In this document: piece by piece, positions 19,819-30,762 of the stretch | How the letters are laid out: every line of letters begins with the position of its first letter | How positions within the stretch are numbered: position 1 is the first letter of the stretch | DNA from: Candidatus Campbellbacteria bacterium RIFOXYC2_FULL_35_25 | GTDB lineage: Bacteria > Patescibacteriota > Minisyncoccia > Phycocordibacterales > UBA12079 | Length of the DNA: 64,000 bases | Reading direction: 5' to 3' | NCBI GenBank assembly: GCA_001774495.1 | Contig: MFAE01000002.1 | Span: forward strand, 42,372 to 106,371 | Program-made: the position numbers and the translations under genes | Notes under the pieces: generated by a model | Database searches by the model: none | The model's input: only the letters and a program-made list of their open reading frames with translations | What the model was told of the DNA's origin: nothing

Positions 19819-20526
19819 ATGTCTTTAACTCAGCTAAAAAAAGAATTAAAAAATAATGCCAATTCGGAACAAGCCAAGAATCTTCAGAGATTTTTTAAAA
19901 CAGGCAAGGGGGAATATGGAGAAGGTGATATATTTTTAGGTATCTATGTTCCTGTACAAAGAAAAATTGCAAAGAAGTACGATCTAGAATTGGTAGATAT
20001 TCAAAAGTTATTGAATAGCAATATCCACGAGGAAAGACTTGTTGGTTTGTTTATTTTGATTGATAAATACCAAAAAAGTGGGGTATCTGTTACTCAGCAA
20101 AAACAAATTTTTGATTTTTATCTTAAAAATACTAAGAGCATAAATAACTGGGATTTGGTAGACCTTTCCGCCCCTAAAATAACGGGACGGTATTTGCTAG
20201 AGAAAGACAGGAATATATTATATAAATTAGCCGAATCTAAAAATCTTTGGGAAAAACGGATTGCGATTTTATCTACATTTGCTTTCATTCGAGAAAACCA
20301 ATTTGATGACACTTTAAAAATTTCAGAAATTTTGTTAAATGATAATCACGACTTAATCCACAAAGCCGTTGGCTGGGCACTCCGAGAAGTAGGGAAGAGG
20401 GACATGAAAGAAGAAGAAAAATTTCTCAAAAAATATTACAAAAAAATGCCTCGTACAACGCTTCGTTATGCGATAGAAAAGTTTCCCGAAGGTTTAAGAT
20501 TAAAATATTTAAAAGGTAAAATTTAG
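19819..20526 (+). CDS. DNA alkylation repair protein (AlkD-like)
   Basis: [47 protein letters not shown]. Confidence 0.9.
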   Translation: MSLTQLKKELKNNANSEQAKNLQRFFKTGKGEYGEGDIFLGIYVPVQRKIAKKYDLELVDIQKLLNSNIHEERLVGLFILIDKYQKSGVSVTQQKQIFDFYLKNTKSINNWDLVDLSAPKITGRYLLEKDRNILYKLAESKNLWEKRIAILSTFAFIRENQFDDTLKISEILLNDNHDLIHKAVGWALREVGKRDMKEEEKFLKKYYKKMPRTTLRYAIEKFPEGLRLKYLKGKI

Positions 20527-20594
20527 GAATAAAAAAAGACCTGCCTCCTTGAATCAAAAATCGATCCAAGGGTTGGCAGGTCTGCCCACAACTT

Positions 20595-20909
20595 TTAGGA
20601 GATAAAACGCCCCCCAGTTTTCCAGAGAGGATTTTCAAACCTTTCCTGTAAAGAGGTTTTTTTCCTTTTTTTGAAGGGGAGAAGGTAAAAACCTCTTTTA
20701 CCTGATCTTTTTTGGAGGCAATCCAGATTGATGCCTCTAAAAGAGATTTTCTCGGCCCTGTTGCTGATTTTCCTAGTTACTTTCTTTCTTCTCCTAGAAC
20801 GACCAGTAAAATCGGTCCAGAATTCCTGGGAAAGAAATATAAAAATTTTCGCTTCTTTTTTTAGACGACCAAAGAGATCGTACTGTATTTTTTGGCAAAA
20901 ACTTGGCAT
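20595..20909 (-). CDS. Basic orphan protein (SD-class cassette)
   Basis: GAGGA SD before MPSF start, TTGACA promoter ~20990, terminator ~20531-20583. Confidence 0.55.
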   Translation of the reverse strand: MPSFCQKIQYDLFGRLKKEAKIFIFLSQEFWTDFTGRSRRRKKVTRKISNRAEKISFRGINLDCLQKRSGKRGFYLLPFKKRKKTSLQERFENPLWKTGGRFIS

Positions 20910-21060
20910 GGCGGTATCCTCTAGTGTGTTTAATGTCACAGATTGTGATGACTGTCCTATCTGTAATAATAACATACTATTAGTCATTATGTCAAATAGT
21001 GTCCAATATTAAAATCCACAGGGGCCAGGCCCCTGTGGATTTTAAGCTTTACAATATAGG

Positions 21061-22818
21061 CTATTTTCCTTCTTTTTCCAATTTCTTCAAGAAATCTTCA
21101 ATACTCATTTGCCCAAGATTTCCTTGATCACGGCTTTCCACCGTAATCGTCTTTGTTTTTATTTCTTCATCACCAATCACCAAAAAATAAGGAATTTTTT
21201 CTACCTTTGATTTTCTTATTTTTTTACCAAGGTTTTCGTTGTCATCATCTAGTTCTACTCTGAAATCTTTCTCTTTTAATATTTCAAAAATTTCTTTCGC
21301 ATATTCTTTATGAGCATCCGTTATTGGCAAAACTCTAATCTGAACAGGAGAAAGCCACAAAGGAAAAGCTCCGGCGAAATGTTCAATCATCACAGCGATA
21401 AATCTCTCCAGAGAACCAGCGATAGCTCTGTGAATCATTACAGGAGTTTTCTTCAGGCCATCTTTATCTGTGTATTCCAATTCAAATCTTTCTGGCATTA
21501 TAAAATCTAGTTGAGCAGTAGCCAATTGTCTTTCTCTCCCCAAAGCATCTTTAAACATAAAGTCTAGTTTGGGTCCATAAAAAGCCGCTTCACCCTCAAC
21601 TCTTTTGTAAGGAAGTTTCTCTTTTTTAGCAATTTTTTCTAAAGTACTTTCTGCTTTGTCCCAAAGTTTTTCATCCCCTAAATATTTTCCTAAGTCTTTT
21701 GAATCTCTCACAGACAAAGAAACCCAAAAGTCGCCTTCTTTAAACATATCCAGTGACTGATAAAATTCTTTAATAACATTAACAATATTTCCGACTTCTT
21801 CTTCAATTTGATCAGGAGAACAGAAAACATGTCCATCATCTTGGGTAATACTTCGTACTCTGGCAAGTCCAATAAGTTCTCCCGCTTGTTCGTCTCGATA
21901 AACCTTTGTTGTTTCAACATAACGGATAGGCAAGTCTTTGTAGCTTACTGGTTTGCTGGCATATATCTGGGTGTGGTGAGGACAGCTCATTGGTTTTATT
22001 ACAAATTCTGTTTCACTTTTTCCTTTTACTTTAAATAATTCATCGCCAAATTTTTCCCAGTGTCCAGATTTTTTGTACAGATCACTTTTTGTGATATGAG
22101 GGATATCAACTCTTTGATAACCATAAACCTTTTGAATCTTTTGAATCTTGTCAATGATTAAGTCTCGAATCAGAGTTCCTTTGGGAGTAAATAATGGAAG
22201 TCCTGGGCCGATTAAGTCAGAAAAAGTAAATAAATCTAATTCTTTCCCTAGTTTTCTATGGTCTCTCTTTTCTGCTTCAACAAGCATTAGTTTATAGTTT
22301 TCCAATTCCTCAGGAGTCTCAAAAGCCACTCCATAAATTCTGCTTAACATTTTGTTATTTTCATCATTCCTCCAATAAGCCCCAGCAATCTTTGTTAATT
22401 TAAAAGCTTCCATGTTAACTTCTCCTGTTGATTTTAAATGAGGACCTTTGCACATATTTATAAAATCACCCTGTTTGTAAAAAGTAATTTCTTTTTCCCT
22501 CTTTTCTTTTAGTTCCTCGGCTAGTTCAAGAGTATAAACATAATTCTTCTCTTTCAAAAGTTTAATTCCTTCATCGATAGACATTGTAATTTTTTCAATC
22601 GGGAAATCTTTAGAAATAATTTTGAACATTTCTTTTTTAATTTTTTTCAAATCAGCTTCCGTAATTTTTTGCTCAGAATCAAAATCATGGTAAAAACCAT
22701 CTTCAATAGCAGGACCAATTGCTGGGACTGCTTTATAAAGGTTCTCCAAAGCCTGCATCATAATATGGGCGAGTGAATGTCGCAGTTTTTCTAGTTGCTC
22801 TTGATTATTTTTTCTCAT
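21061..22818 (-). CDS. thrS: Threonine--tRNA ligase
   Basis: RHSLAH, RDHRKLG, KPMSCPHH, GEAAFYGPKLD, HRAIAGSLERF. Confidence 0.98.
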   Translation of the reverse strand: MRKNNQEQLEKLRHSLAHIMMQALENLYKAVPAIGPAIEDGFYHDFDSEQKITEADLKKIKKEMFKIISKDFPIEKITMSIDEGIKLLKEKNYVYTLELAEELKEKREKEITFYKQGDFINMCKGPHLKSTGEVNMEAFKLTKIAGAYWRNDENNKMLSRIYGVAFETPEELENYKLMLVEAEKRDHRKLGKELDLFTFSDLIGPGLPLFTPKGTLIRDLIIDKIQKIQKVYGYQRVDIPHITKSDLYKKSGHWEKFGDELFKVKGKSETEFVIKPMSCPHHTQIYASKPVSYKDLPIRYVETTKVYRDEQAGELIGLARVRSITQDDGHVFCSPDQIEEEVGNIVNVIKEFYQSLDMFKEGDFWVSLSVRDSKDLGKYLGDEKLWDKAESTLEKIAKKEKLPYKRVEGEAAFYGPKLDFMFKDALGRERQLATAQLDFIMPERFELEYTDKDGLKKTPVMIHRAIAGSLERFIAVMIEHFAGAFPLWLSPVQIRVLPITDAHKEYAKEIFEILKEKDFRVELDDDNENLGKKIRKSKVEKIPYFLVIGDEEIKTKTITVESRDQGNLGQMSIEDFLKKLEKEGK

Positions 22819-22869
22819 AATATTTTTTAATTAGTTTGGTAAAACAAAAAATTTAGTCTGTGTTAATAA

Positions 22870-23052
22870 AACAAAAAATTCGTCCCAATATTGAAACCTT
22901 GAAAGGTTTCAATATTGGGACGAATTTCTCCGCGGTTCCACCCAAATTGTCTAAAGTTTAGACCACTTAATTTTACCCTTAGTTTGGTCTGAATATTATC
23001 CAGATACTTTTTCAAGTATTGTGTTTGGTGAACACAACAATCACCTCGGATA
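22870..23052 (-). promoter_or_regulatory. Compact T-box riboswitch upstream of thrS
   Basis: Minus strand AATTTGGGTGGAACCGCG...TCGTCCC antiterminator, overlapping terminator plus U tract; TTGACA at 23086-23081. Confidence 0.82.
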
Positions 23053-23209
23053 CTTTATATAGTACAGTAGCTAGTTTTTTTGTCAAAGGGCTTGATTTTT
23101 CTCTTGAAGTTTGAGTTTGTTTGATTTCCAGACTTGATTATTGTAGTATGATTCAGGATGTAACTCTTTGATTTCATTGATAACCTTAATCTTTTGGAGG
23201 AATAAAGCG

Positions 23210-23935
23210 ATGACGACAGGAACCGGATCAACAAAAAAACAGGAAGAGCAAGTTTCAAGACTCGGCATGGCTGTTAACACTGGTAGTATCAATCCTGAAA
23301 ATTTAACCGCTGTTGATTGGAAGATGCTCGTTTCAGAATCTCTATCTTCATGCAAGAGTATTTTGCCCCAAATGGCCAAAGAATACGGTCAGGCGAAAAC
23401 TTTTCTCGAGTGTCTAAACCACAATCTTGAGGGGAGTTTTGGCGAGAAAAGAATCACCAAAGCGGAGATTTTCGAGACACTCCCTAAAGCTTTTCTCGTA
23501 AATGACGGGTGGTTATTGATCCCGGTAGGAATCTTGTCTACGTCGGAAGAAAAAGGCCAGTTTTTTGAGAGGTCCTTGTTCATCATCGCAGATTTGGCCG
23601 CTCTTCTTATCGTGGATGTTTTTTTTCGCAAGGAGCCTATTGAAGGTTTGTCTCGGAAGGAAAACCCCCCAAAAATAAATGAGAATGTCGTTGAGTGTCG
23701 TTTGTTCGCTGATAGCAGCATATTCGAGTTTGATACTCGGGAGGAATTCAATGAGATTATCCTTCCATTTTATGCTGACCCCAAATTGAAGCTCGGTAAA
23801 AACATCATCGACTACACTCTCGAAAGAGCAGTTGCTATTTTGAGGGAAAAGAAGCGGGCGGTAACAGAAATGGAAGAATCTTTGCGCCGGTTTCTGGGGA
23901 TAAGGGATCGACTCGGGGTAATGAACCATCTCTGA
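23210..23935 (+). CDS. Orphan protein (SD-class cassette)
   Basis: GGAGG SD before MTTG, terminator ~23952-23987. Confidence 0.7.
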   Translation: MTTGTGSTKKQEEQVSRLGMAVNTGSINPENLTAVDWKMLVSESLSSCKSILPQMAKEYGQAKTFLECLNHNLEGSFGEKRITKAEIFETLPKAFLVNDGWLLIPVGILSTSEEKGQFFERSLFIIADLAALLIVDVFFRKEPIEGLSRKENPPKINENVVECRLFADSSIFEFDTREEFNEIILPFYADPKLKLGKNIIDYTLERAVAILREKKRAVTEMEESLRRFLGIRDRLGVMNHL

Positions 23936-24040
23936 GTTCTCAAAAATGTTCCAGTCCTGCAGGTTTACGCCTGCAGGGCTGTTTTTTAAATAGCTGTTAG
24001 CTACGAGCTGTCGGCTGTCAGCTTCTCTAAATTTTTTGTA

Positions 24041-24082
24041 TACCCCCACACCTTTCTTTTACAAAAGAAAGGTGTGGGGGTA
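24041..24082. repeat. Perfect inverted repeat over the miaA promoter
   Basis: TACCCCCACACCTTTCTTTT / AAAAGAAAGGTGTGGGGGTA. Confidence 0.8.
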
Positions 24083-24094
24083 AACTTAAATAAC

Positions 24095-25009
24095 ATGAAT
24101 GAACAAAAAATTCTTATTATCCTCGGTCCAACATCATCGGGAAAAACGGACCTAGCTGTTGATTTGGCCAAAAAATATAATGGGGAAGTTATTTCTGCTG
24201 ATTCTAGGCAAGTTTTTAAAGGCCTAGATATTGGAAGCGGAAAAGTAACAAAAAAAGAAATGCGAGGAATTCCTCACCATCTTTTAGATGTGGCCAGCCC
24301 TAACCGTGCTTTTTCTGTTATTCAATTTAAGAAAAAGGCTGATAGTGTAATCAAAGATATTTTAAAAAGAGGGAAGTTACCAATTATTGCAGGAGGAACT
24401 GGTTTTTATATTCAGGCTATTGTAGACAATATTGTTTTGCCGGAGGTAAGTCCAAATTTAACGTTAAGAAAAGAATTAGAAGGACTACTCAGAGAAGACA
24501 GGGAGAAAGCGATAAAAGAAATGGGTAGGCGATTAAAAAAATTAGATCATCGTCGCTTCAGAGAAATAGATCAAAAAAATCCTCGCCGTTTAATGCGAGC
24601 TATCGAAATTGCCACTGCTCTCGGAAAAGTCCCAAAACTAAAATTGCCAGTGGCCTTGCCCCTGTCAATTTTGCAGATTGGGATTAGGACAGATGACGAT
24701 GTTTTAAAAAAGAGAATCGGAGGGAGGTTCGAAAAAAGAGTAAAAGCAGGAATTGTTGCTGAGGCTGAGAATCTTCACAAAAAAGGGATGACATGGAAAA
24801 GGATGAACGAAATAGGCTTAGCTCACAAGCATATTGCTAGTTATTTAAAAAATAAAATTTCCAAAGAAGAAATGATAGAAAATTCTATTAAAGAAGAAAA
24901 GAAATATGCCAAGCGTCAAAAAACTTGGTTCAAAAGAGACAAAAGAATCATTTGGGTTAATCTTGAGAATCATGAGAGAATTGATAAATTAGTTACCGAT
25001 TTTTTGTAA
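24095..25009 (+). CDS. miaA: tRNA dimethylallyltransferase
   Basis: GPTSSGKT, ISADSRQ, IPHHLLD, GGTGFY, YAKRQKTWF. Confidence 0.97.
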   Translation: MNEQKILIILGPTSSGKTDLAVDLAKKYNGEVISADSRQVFKGLDIGSGKVTKKEMRGIPHHLLDVASPNRAFSVIQFKKKADSVIKDILKRGKLPIIAGGTGFYIQAIVDNIVLPEVSPNLTLRKELEGLLREDREKAIKEMGRRLKKLDHRRFREIDQKNPRRLMRAIEIATALGKVPKLKLPVALPLSILQIGIRTDDDVLKKRIGGRFEKRVKAGIVAEAENLHKKGMTWKRMNEIGLAHKHIASYLKNKISKEEMIENSIKEEKKYAKRQKTWFKRDKRIIWVNLENHERIDKLVTDFL

Positions 25010-25109
25010 TATCTTAAAATAGCTTGCAGGCAATATAGAAAGTAAGGCATTACTCAATTTTTTTAAAAGATGCTAAAATATAGAAGAATAAATTAACTTT
25101 ATCAAACTT

Positions 25110-26642
25110 ATGAAAAAAAAATACATTATATATACTGTAGTAATAATAGCCGTTATATTAGGGGCTTATTTCTTGTTCTTCAGGGGAAATGATAGCAACT
25201 CATATGAGTTTGCTGTTGCGGAAAGAGGTGATATTCGGCAAGAAGTGGGAGTAACTGGAAAGGTGAAACCTTCAAGTAAGGTTGATTTAGCCTTTGAATC
25301 TGGTGGAAAAATAGCGAGTGTTTTTGTTGATGTGGGGGATAAGGTTTATGTAGGTCAACAATTGGCGGCATTAAATAATTCTCAATACCAGGCACAGTAT
25401 GCCCAAGCCCAAGCCCAATTAGAAGTTGAAAAAACAAGATTAAAAGACTTAGAAGAAGGAACAAGGTCTGAAGAAATTTTAATTCAACAGGTGAGGGTTC
25501 AAAATGCAGAACAGTCTCTCTCTGATGCCAAGAATAGTTTAGTTGATAAAATAAAAGACTCTTACACCAAATCAGATGATGCTATTAGAAATCAAACAGA
25601 CCAACTTTTTATTAATCCAAGAAGTACTAATCCGCAGTTAATTTTTAATACCAGCTCAGGCTTAGAGATAGATATCGAGTCCAAGAGAATGGCAATTGAA
25701 AGTACCTTAACTTCTTGGAGCACGAGCTTGTTAAATGATCAAAATATTTTTTCCAATCTTTCCAATTATGCCAATATCGCGAAACAAAATTTAAGTGAAA
25801 TAAATTATTATTTGGACAAAGTTGCTTTGGCAGTAAACGGCATGAGTGCTAATTCCAATTTCTCCCAAACCACGATTGATGGTTACAAGTCTGATGTAAA
25901 TATTGCCAGAACAAGTGTTAATACAGCCATCGCTAATATTTCTGCGTCTGATGAAAAATTACGTACAGCCGAATCTACTTTGTCACTTGCCAGACAAGAA
26001 CTGGTTTTGAAAGAAGCCGGAGCAACAGAAGGACAAATCGCTGAACAAAAATCTAAAGTAAAATCAGCTGAAGCCAACGTTAATAATTACAGTGCTCTTA
26101 TCGGGAAAACAATAATTTACTCACCGATAAAAGGCATAGTAACAAAAAGAGAAGTCGAAGTGGGGGAAATTATTCAGCCAAACGCCCTGGCCTTCTCTGT
26201 TATAAGCGAGGCTCAATTTGAAATAGAAACAAATGTTCCAGAAGCTGATGTGGCAAAGATAAAAACAAACGATACGGCTGAAGTCACGTTAGACGCTTAC
26301 GAAGATGATACTATTTTTATGGCAAAAATTGTTTCAATTGAACCAGCCGAAACTATAATTGATGGCGTTTCTACTTATAAAACAATTTTACAATTTGTTG
26401 AAAAAGATGATCGAATCAAATCAGGAATGACAGCTAATATTGATATTCTTACAGGTGTTCGTGAAAATGTAATATCTATTCCTGCTCGGGCTATCCACAG
26501 CAATGGAAGAAAATATGCAGAGGTTCTTGTGGGGGAAGAAATTGTTGAAAGAGAAATCGAAACTGGGCTAAGAAGCACCAGCGGAAGCATCGAAATAATT
26601 TCAGGGCTAGAAGAAGGGGATAAGGTTATTACAAGTAAGTAG
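25110..26642 (+). CDS. Efflux membrane-fusion protein (MacA-like)
   Basis: N-terminal TM, lipoyl-like halves, long coiled coil, EIISGL.EGD. Confidence 0.88.
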   Translation: MKKKYIIYTVVIIAVILGAYFLFFRGNDSNSYEFAVAERGDIRQEVGVTGKVKPSSKVDLAFESGGKIASVFVDVGDKVYVGQQLAALNNSQYQAQYAQAQAQLEVEKTRLKDLEEGTRSEEILIQQVRVQNAEQSLSDAKNSLVDKIKDSYTKSDDAIRNQTDQLFINPRSTNPQLIFNTSSGLEIDIESKRMAIESTLTSWSTSLLNDQNIFSNLSNYANIAKQNLSEINYYLDKVALAVNGMSANSNFSQTTIDGYKSDVNIARTSVNTAIANISASDEKLRTAESTLSLARQELVLKEAGATEGQIAEQKSKVKSAEANVNNYSALIGKTIIYSPIKGIVTKREVEVGEIIQPNALAFSVISEAQFEIETNVPEADVAKIKTNDTAEVTLDAYEDDTIFMAKIVSIEPAETIIDGVSTYKTILQFVEKDDRIKSGMTANIDILTGVRENVISIPARAIHSNGRKYAEVLVGEEIVEREIETGLRSTSGSIEIISGLEEGDKVITSK

Positions 26643-26762
26643 AAAGTTTATAAAGGTATAAAGTTAAAAGTGACGGATTTTGCTTCGCAAAATCCGTCAA
26701 TAAAACTCAAAAACCTTCAACTTTCAACTTTAAAAACTTTATAAACTTTTAACTATATTTTT

Positions 26763-27479
26763 ATGCAACCTTTAATTTCAGTCAAAGATTTAGAAAAAAC
26801 TTTTTATGATAGCGAGATTCCAACACAAGCTCTTCGTGGGGTGACTTTTGATATTCAGAAAGGCGAGTTTGTTGCAATAATGGGAGCTTCTGGCTCGGGG
26901 AAGTCGACGTTGCTTCATATGATTGGCTTTTTGGATCAATACACAAAAGGTGAATATTTTTTTGATGGCGAAAATATCGCTAATTTTGATGACGATGAAA
27001 TCGCTCATATAAGAAATAAAAAAATAGGTTTCGTTTTTCAGTCTTTTAATTTACTTTCTGGAACTAGTGTTTTGGAGAATGTTAAGTTGCCACTAGTTTA
27101 TTCAGATGTTCCAGAAAAGCAGTGGAATGATTTGGCCACGAAAGCTATTGAAGCCGTTGGACTTTCTCATAGAATAGGGAATGATGCTCAGCGACTTTCT
27201 GTTGGAGAAAAACAAAGGGTTTCAATCGCTCGCGCATTAGTTAATGACCCTGATGTTATTTTTGCCGACGAACCGACAGGGAACTTGGATTCAAAATCTG
27301 GTGGGCAGGTTATGGATATTATAAAAAGATTGTCTCACAAAGGGAAAACTGTCGTCCTGATTACTCACGAAACCCACACTGCAGAATACGCCCAAAGAAT
27401 AATTAGAATCCTCGATGGTAAAATTTTTTCAGATGAAAAAGTCGCCCACGTAAGGGAAGAGGGTGAATTCATCAAGTAA
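26763..27479 (+). CDS. ABC transporter ATP-binding subunit (MacB/LolD-like)
   Basis: GASGSGKS, LSVGEKQRVSIARAL, ADEPTGNLD. Confidence 0.92.
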   Translation: MQPLISVKDLEKTFYDSEIPTQALRGVTFDIQKGEFVAIMGASGSGKSTLLHMIGFLDQYTKGEYFFDGENIANFDDDEIAHIRNKKIGFVFQSFNLLSGTSVLENVKLPLVYSDVPEKQWNDLATKAIEAVGLSHRIGNDAQRLSVGEKQRVSIARALVNDPDVIFADEPTGNLDSKSGGQVMDIIKRLSHKGKTVVLITHETHTAEYAQRIIRILDGKIFSDEKVAHVREEGEFIK

Positions 27480-27498
27480 AATTTAAAATTCTCCTAAT

Positions 27499-28740
27499 AT
27501 GCAAATAAAACACTTATTCAAAACTTCATACATGGGATTAAGAACGAACATGGTTCGGTCCCTTCTAACTATTTTAGGAATCGTTATTGGTATTTCTGCG
27601 ATCATATTAATTTTTTCTTTAGGAAAAGGAGCCGAGAATTTAATAATGGGGGAGTTAAGCGGAATGGGAACAGATACGATAGTCATTCGACCAGGACAAC
27701 AACCAAAAGGACTTTCTGATATAACAGATGCTCTTTTTCTTGATTCTCTGACCACAGAAGATGTTGAGGCTCTAAAAAGAAAAAGTAATGTACCCTATTT
27801 AGCAGAAATTGCCCCAGCCGTTATGGTGCCCGGTACAGCTTCTTATCGAGGAGAAACCTTTAAGGCCACCAACTTTGGCTGGTCTGCCGAATTGATGGTA
27901 AAGATGTTCGGAGCAGAATTAGAATCAGGGGTTTTGTTTGATGATATAGATATAAAAAATAAGGCTAGCGTAGCTGTTATCGGCTCAAAAGTAAAAGAAG
28001 AATTGTTCGGGAATGAAGAAAATGTTATCGGTAAAAATATAAAAATTAAAGGAAGAAATTTTAGAGTTATTGGGGTAATGTCTTCTCGTGGACAAGTTTC
28101 AAGTTTTAACGTTGATGAGATAATCGTAATACCTTATTCAACCGCGCAGGTTTATTTGTTGGGTATCAATCATTATCACGAGATAATTTTAAAAGCGACT
28201 AGCGCAGAATTTGTTAACCAGACGGTCCAAGATATAAAAGATACCTTAAGAGAGAGACACGATATCACCGATATTACTAAAGATGATTTTTTTGTTGTCA
28301 CTCCCGAGGGAATGCTTGATCAAATTAGTACTATCCTTGATGCTTTGACCTTATTTCTTTCCGCTGTGGTAGGAATATCTCTAGTGGTTGGTGGAGTCGG
28401 TGTTATGAATATTATGCTTGTGTCTGTTACCGAAAGAACAAAAGAAATTGGATTAAGAAAAGCTATCGGAGCAACCAACAAAGACGTCATGGTGCAATTT
28501 CTTTTTGAGGCAATTATTCTAACAATCACTGGGGGTATCGTCGGAGTTCTTCTTGGGGCAGGTCTAGCCACCTTGATAACATTTGGTTTAAATCTCGCGG
28601 GGTATACTTGGTCCTTTAGTTTCCCTCTTGGGGCAGCTATATTAGGATTAGTTTTTTCTATTGCTATTGGATTGATTTTTGGAATTTATCCTGCTCGCAA
28701 GGCTTCCCAAAAAAGTCCAATTGAAGCCTTAAAGAGGTAA
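27499..28740 (+). CDS. ABC transporter permease (MacB-like)
   Basis: RSLLTILGIVIG, GVMNIMLVSVTERTKEIGLRKAIGA. Confidence 0.92.
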   Translation: MQIKHLFKTSYMGLRTNMVRSLLTILGIVIGISAIILIFSLGKGAENLIMGELSGMGTDTIVIRPGQQPKGLSDITDALFLDSLTTEDVEALKRKSNVPYLAEIAPAVMVPGTASYRGETFKATNFGWSAELMVKMFGAELESGVLFDDIDIKNKASVAVIGSKVKEELFGNEENVIGKNIKIKGRNFRVIGVMSSRGQVSSFNVDEIIVIPYSTAQVYLLGINHYHEIILKATSAEFVNQTVQDIKDTLRERHDITDITKDDFFVVTPEGMLDQISTILDALTLFLSAVVGISLVVGGVGVMNIMLVSVTERTKEIGLRKAIGATNKDVMVQFLFEAIILTITGGIVGVLLGAGLATLITFGLNLAGYTWSFSFPLGAAILGLVFSIAIGLIFGIYPARKASQKSPIEALKR

Positions 28741-28939
28741 CAATTTGTCTCTAAACCATAAATTTTTCTTACTACTTATTGCTTGGTACTTAGTACTTTT
28801 TTAGTTTGATTAATTTTATCTTGTTTGTTATAATTTTTTTAGCAGTTAGAAAAAAATAATGTGTTTTTCTAATGATAGGAAACACGAAACGGTCGAATTA
28901 CTGCCTGAATATTAAAAGTATTATTATTGAAATATAAAT

Positions 28940-29278
28940 ATGGATAGCGATCAGAAATTTTTACAATTTGTTGTTGAACAATTAGTTGACGAACCAAACG
29001 CAGTTAAGATTAACAGAAAAGTTGACGAGATGGGAGTTTTAATGACTCTCGATGTTGCTCCTGCAGACATGGGTAAGATCATTGGCCGAAGTGGTAATAC
29101 TGCTAAGGCTATTCGAACACTACTTAGAGTTGTTGGAATGAAAAATAACGCTCGTGTTAATCTAAAGATTAACGAACCAGAAGGAAGTACAAGATTCGCT
29201 GGTGAGAACAGAGAAAACAATGTTGTTGCTGCCGATAGCGCAACTGTCGACCAAGCAATCGAAGACCTAAAGATGTAA
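28940..29278 (+). CDS. khpA: KH-domain RNA-binding protein KhpA
   Basis: DMGKIIGRSGNTAKAIRTLL; adjacent to trmD. Confidence 0.9.
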   Translation: MDSDQKFLQFVVEQLVDEPNAVKINRKVDEMGVLMTLDVAPADMGKIIGRSGNTAKAIRTLLRVVGMKNNARVNLKINEPEGSTRFAGENRENNVVAADSATVDQAIEDLKM

Positions 29279-29415
29279 ATCAAAACAAAAAAACAACGAG
29301 GCAAACGCCTCGTTGTTTTTTTGTTTTAAAATTTAAGTTTGATAAAAACCACAAAAAACCGTAGTATATTACTATAGTTTGTTATTTTACAAAATAATTC
29401 TAAAAACTAAAAACT

Positions 29416-30057
29416 ATGAACTTCCACATTATTACACTATTCCCCTCAGCTCTCGACTCATACCTAAATGAGTCTATTTTGGTTAGGGCAATCAAAGATA
29501 AAAAAATAAAAATTAAATTTTACAATCCTCGTGATTTCGCCAAAAATAAAAGACAGGTTGACTCCAGGCCTTATGGAGGGGGCCCAGGGATGGTGATAAA
29601 AGCCGAACCGGTGATAAAAGCGGTTCAAAAAGCCAAAGGCAAAAAACAAAAAGTAAAAATAATCTTTCTTTCACCCTCAGGAAAGCAATTTGATAATGTT
29701 TATGCAAAAAAGATTTCTAAAAATTATAAAGACGTCATTATTATTTCAGGACATTATGAAGGTATCGATGCCAGAGTAAAAAAGGTTTTTAAAACTGACG
29801 ATATAACTATCGGCCCTTATATCTTAACCGGTGGGGAATTACCTGCCATGGTTCTAATCGATACAATCACCCGCCAAGTCAAAGGTATTTTAGGGAATGA
29901 AGAGTCTTTAGAAGAAAGTAGAATCGCTTCTTCCGAAGTTTACACTCGCCCCGAAAGCTTTAAATACAAAGATAAAAATTATAAAGTTCCAAAAGTTCTC
30001 CTTTCTGGCCACCATAAAGAAATAGAACAGTGGAAAAAATTAAAGAACGGTAATTAA
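29416..30057 (+). CDS. trmD: tRNA (guanine-N1)-methyltransferase
   Basis: ITLFP, PYGGGPGM, GHYEGIDAR, IGPYILTGGE, LLSGHH. Confidence 0.97.
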   Translation: MNFHIITLFPSALDSYLNESILVRAIKDKKIKIKFYNPRDFAKNKRQVDSRPYGGGPGMVIKAEPVIKAVQKAKGKKQKVKIIFLSPSGKQFDNVYAKKISKNYKDVIIISGHYEGIDARVKKVFKTDDITIGPYILTGGELPAMVLIDTITRQVKGILGNEESLEESRIASSEVYTRPESFKYKDKNYKVPKVLLSGHHKEIEQWKKLKNGN

Positions 30058-30076
30058 AGTCTGTTATAATCAAATA

Positions 30077-30607
30077 ATGAATCAAATAATTTTTACTTTT
30101 TTAAATAATTTCGCGCTTCAAAATCATTGGTTAGGTACCTTTATAATTTTTTGTGCCACGTATCTTCCTTTTTGGTTGGTAGCTATTCTAGTTTCTTATT
30201 ATTTATATAAATTTTTCAGAAAGGGGGAACTCTCCCTTTATAATTTAAAAGCAGTTTCTGTGATTATACTTTCAGCTTTTGCTGTTTGGGGGATCTCCCA
30301 AATTATAAATTTTCTTTATTATAGCCCACGGCCTTTTTGGTTTAATGATAATATTAATCTACTTTTTACCCACGGTGATGTAGATTCATTTCCATCAGGT
30401 CATACGACTTTCTTTTTTACCCTTGCTTTGATGAGCTATTATTATCACCCAAAATGGCTATCCAATTCTCTATTGATAGGAGCCTTCCTAATCGGACTAG
30501 CCCGTGTAGTAGCAGGAGTCCATTGGCCACTAGATATAGTGGGAGGAATCCTTTTGAGTATTGTTGGGGTATGGGCAATAAGAAAAATATTTAAGTCTAA
30601 AAAATAA
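30077..30607 (+). CDS. PAP2 phosphatase (BcrC-like)
   Basis: RP, SFPSGH, ARVVAGVHWPLD. Confidence 0.9.
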   Translation: MNQIIFTFLNNFALQNHWLGTFIIFCATYLPFWLVAILVSYYLYKFFRKGELSLYNLKAVSVIILSAFAVWGISQIINFLYYSPRPFWFNDNINLLFTHGDVDSFPSGHTTFFFTLALMSYYYHPKWLSNSLLIGAFLIGLARVVAGVHWPLDIVGGILLSIVGVWAIRKIFKSKK

Positions 30608-30762
30608 AATTGACAGAGGCAAAGCCACTGTCAATTTTATTTTTTACTTTACTAAACTCGTGCTTGTTTTTTGTTTGTTTATTGTGTTATCCTAAATACC
30701 GGAATAAGAGTTCTATTTCATATCGAGGCTAACGACAATTTTTTCACAAGGAGGGTTGCACC

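Noticed and set aside
23389-24049. Long antisense ORFs over the 23210 gene (similarly 57410-57931, 33323-33760, 14628-14963)
   Set aside because: They overlap better-supported genes or repeats and lack expression signals
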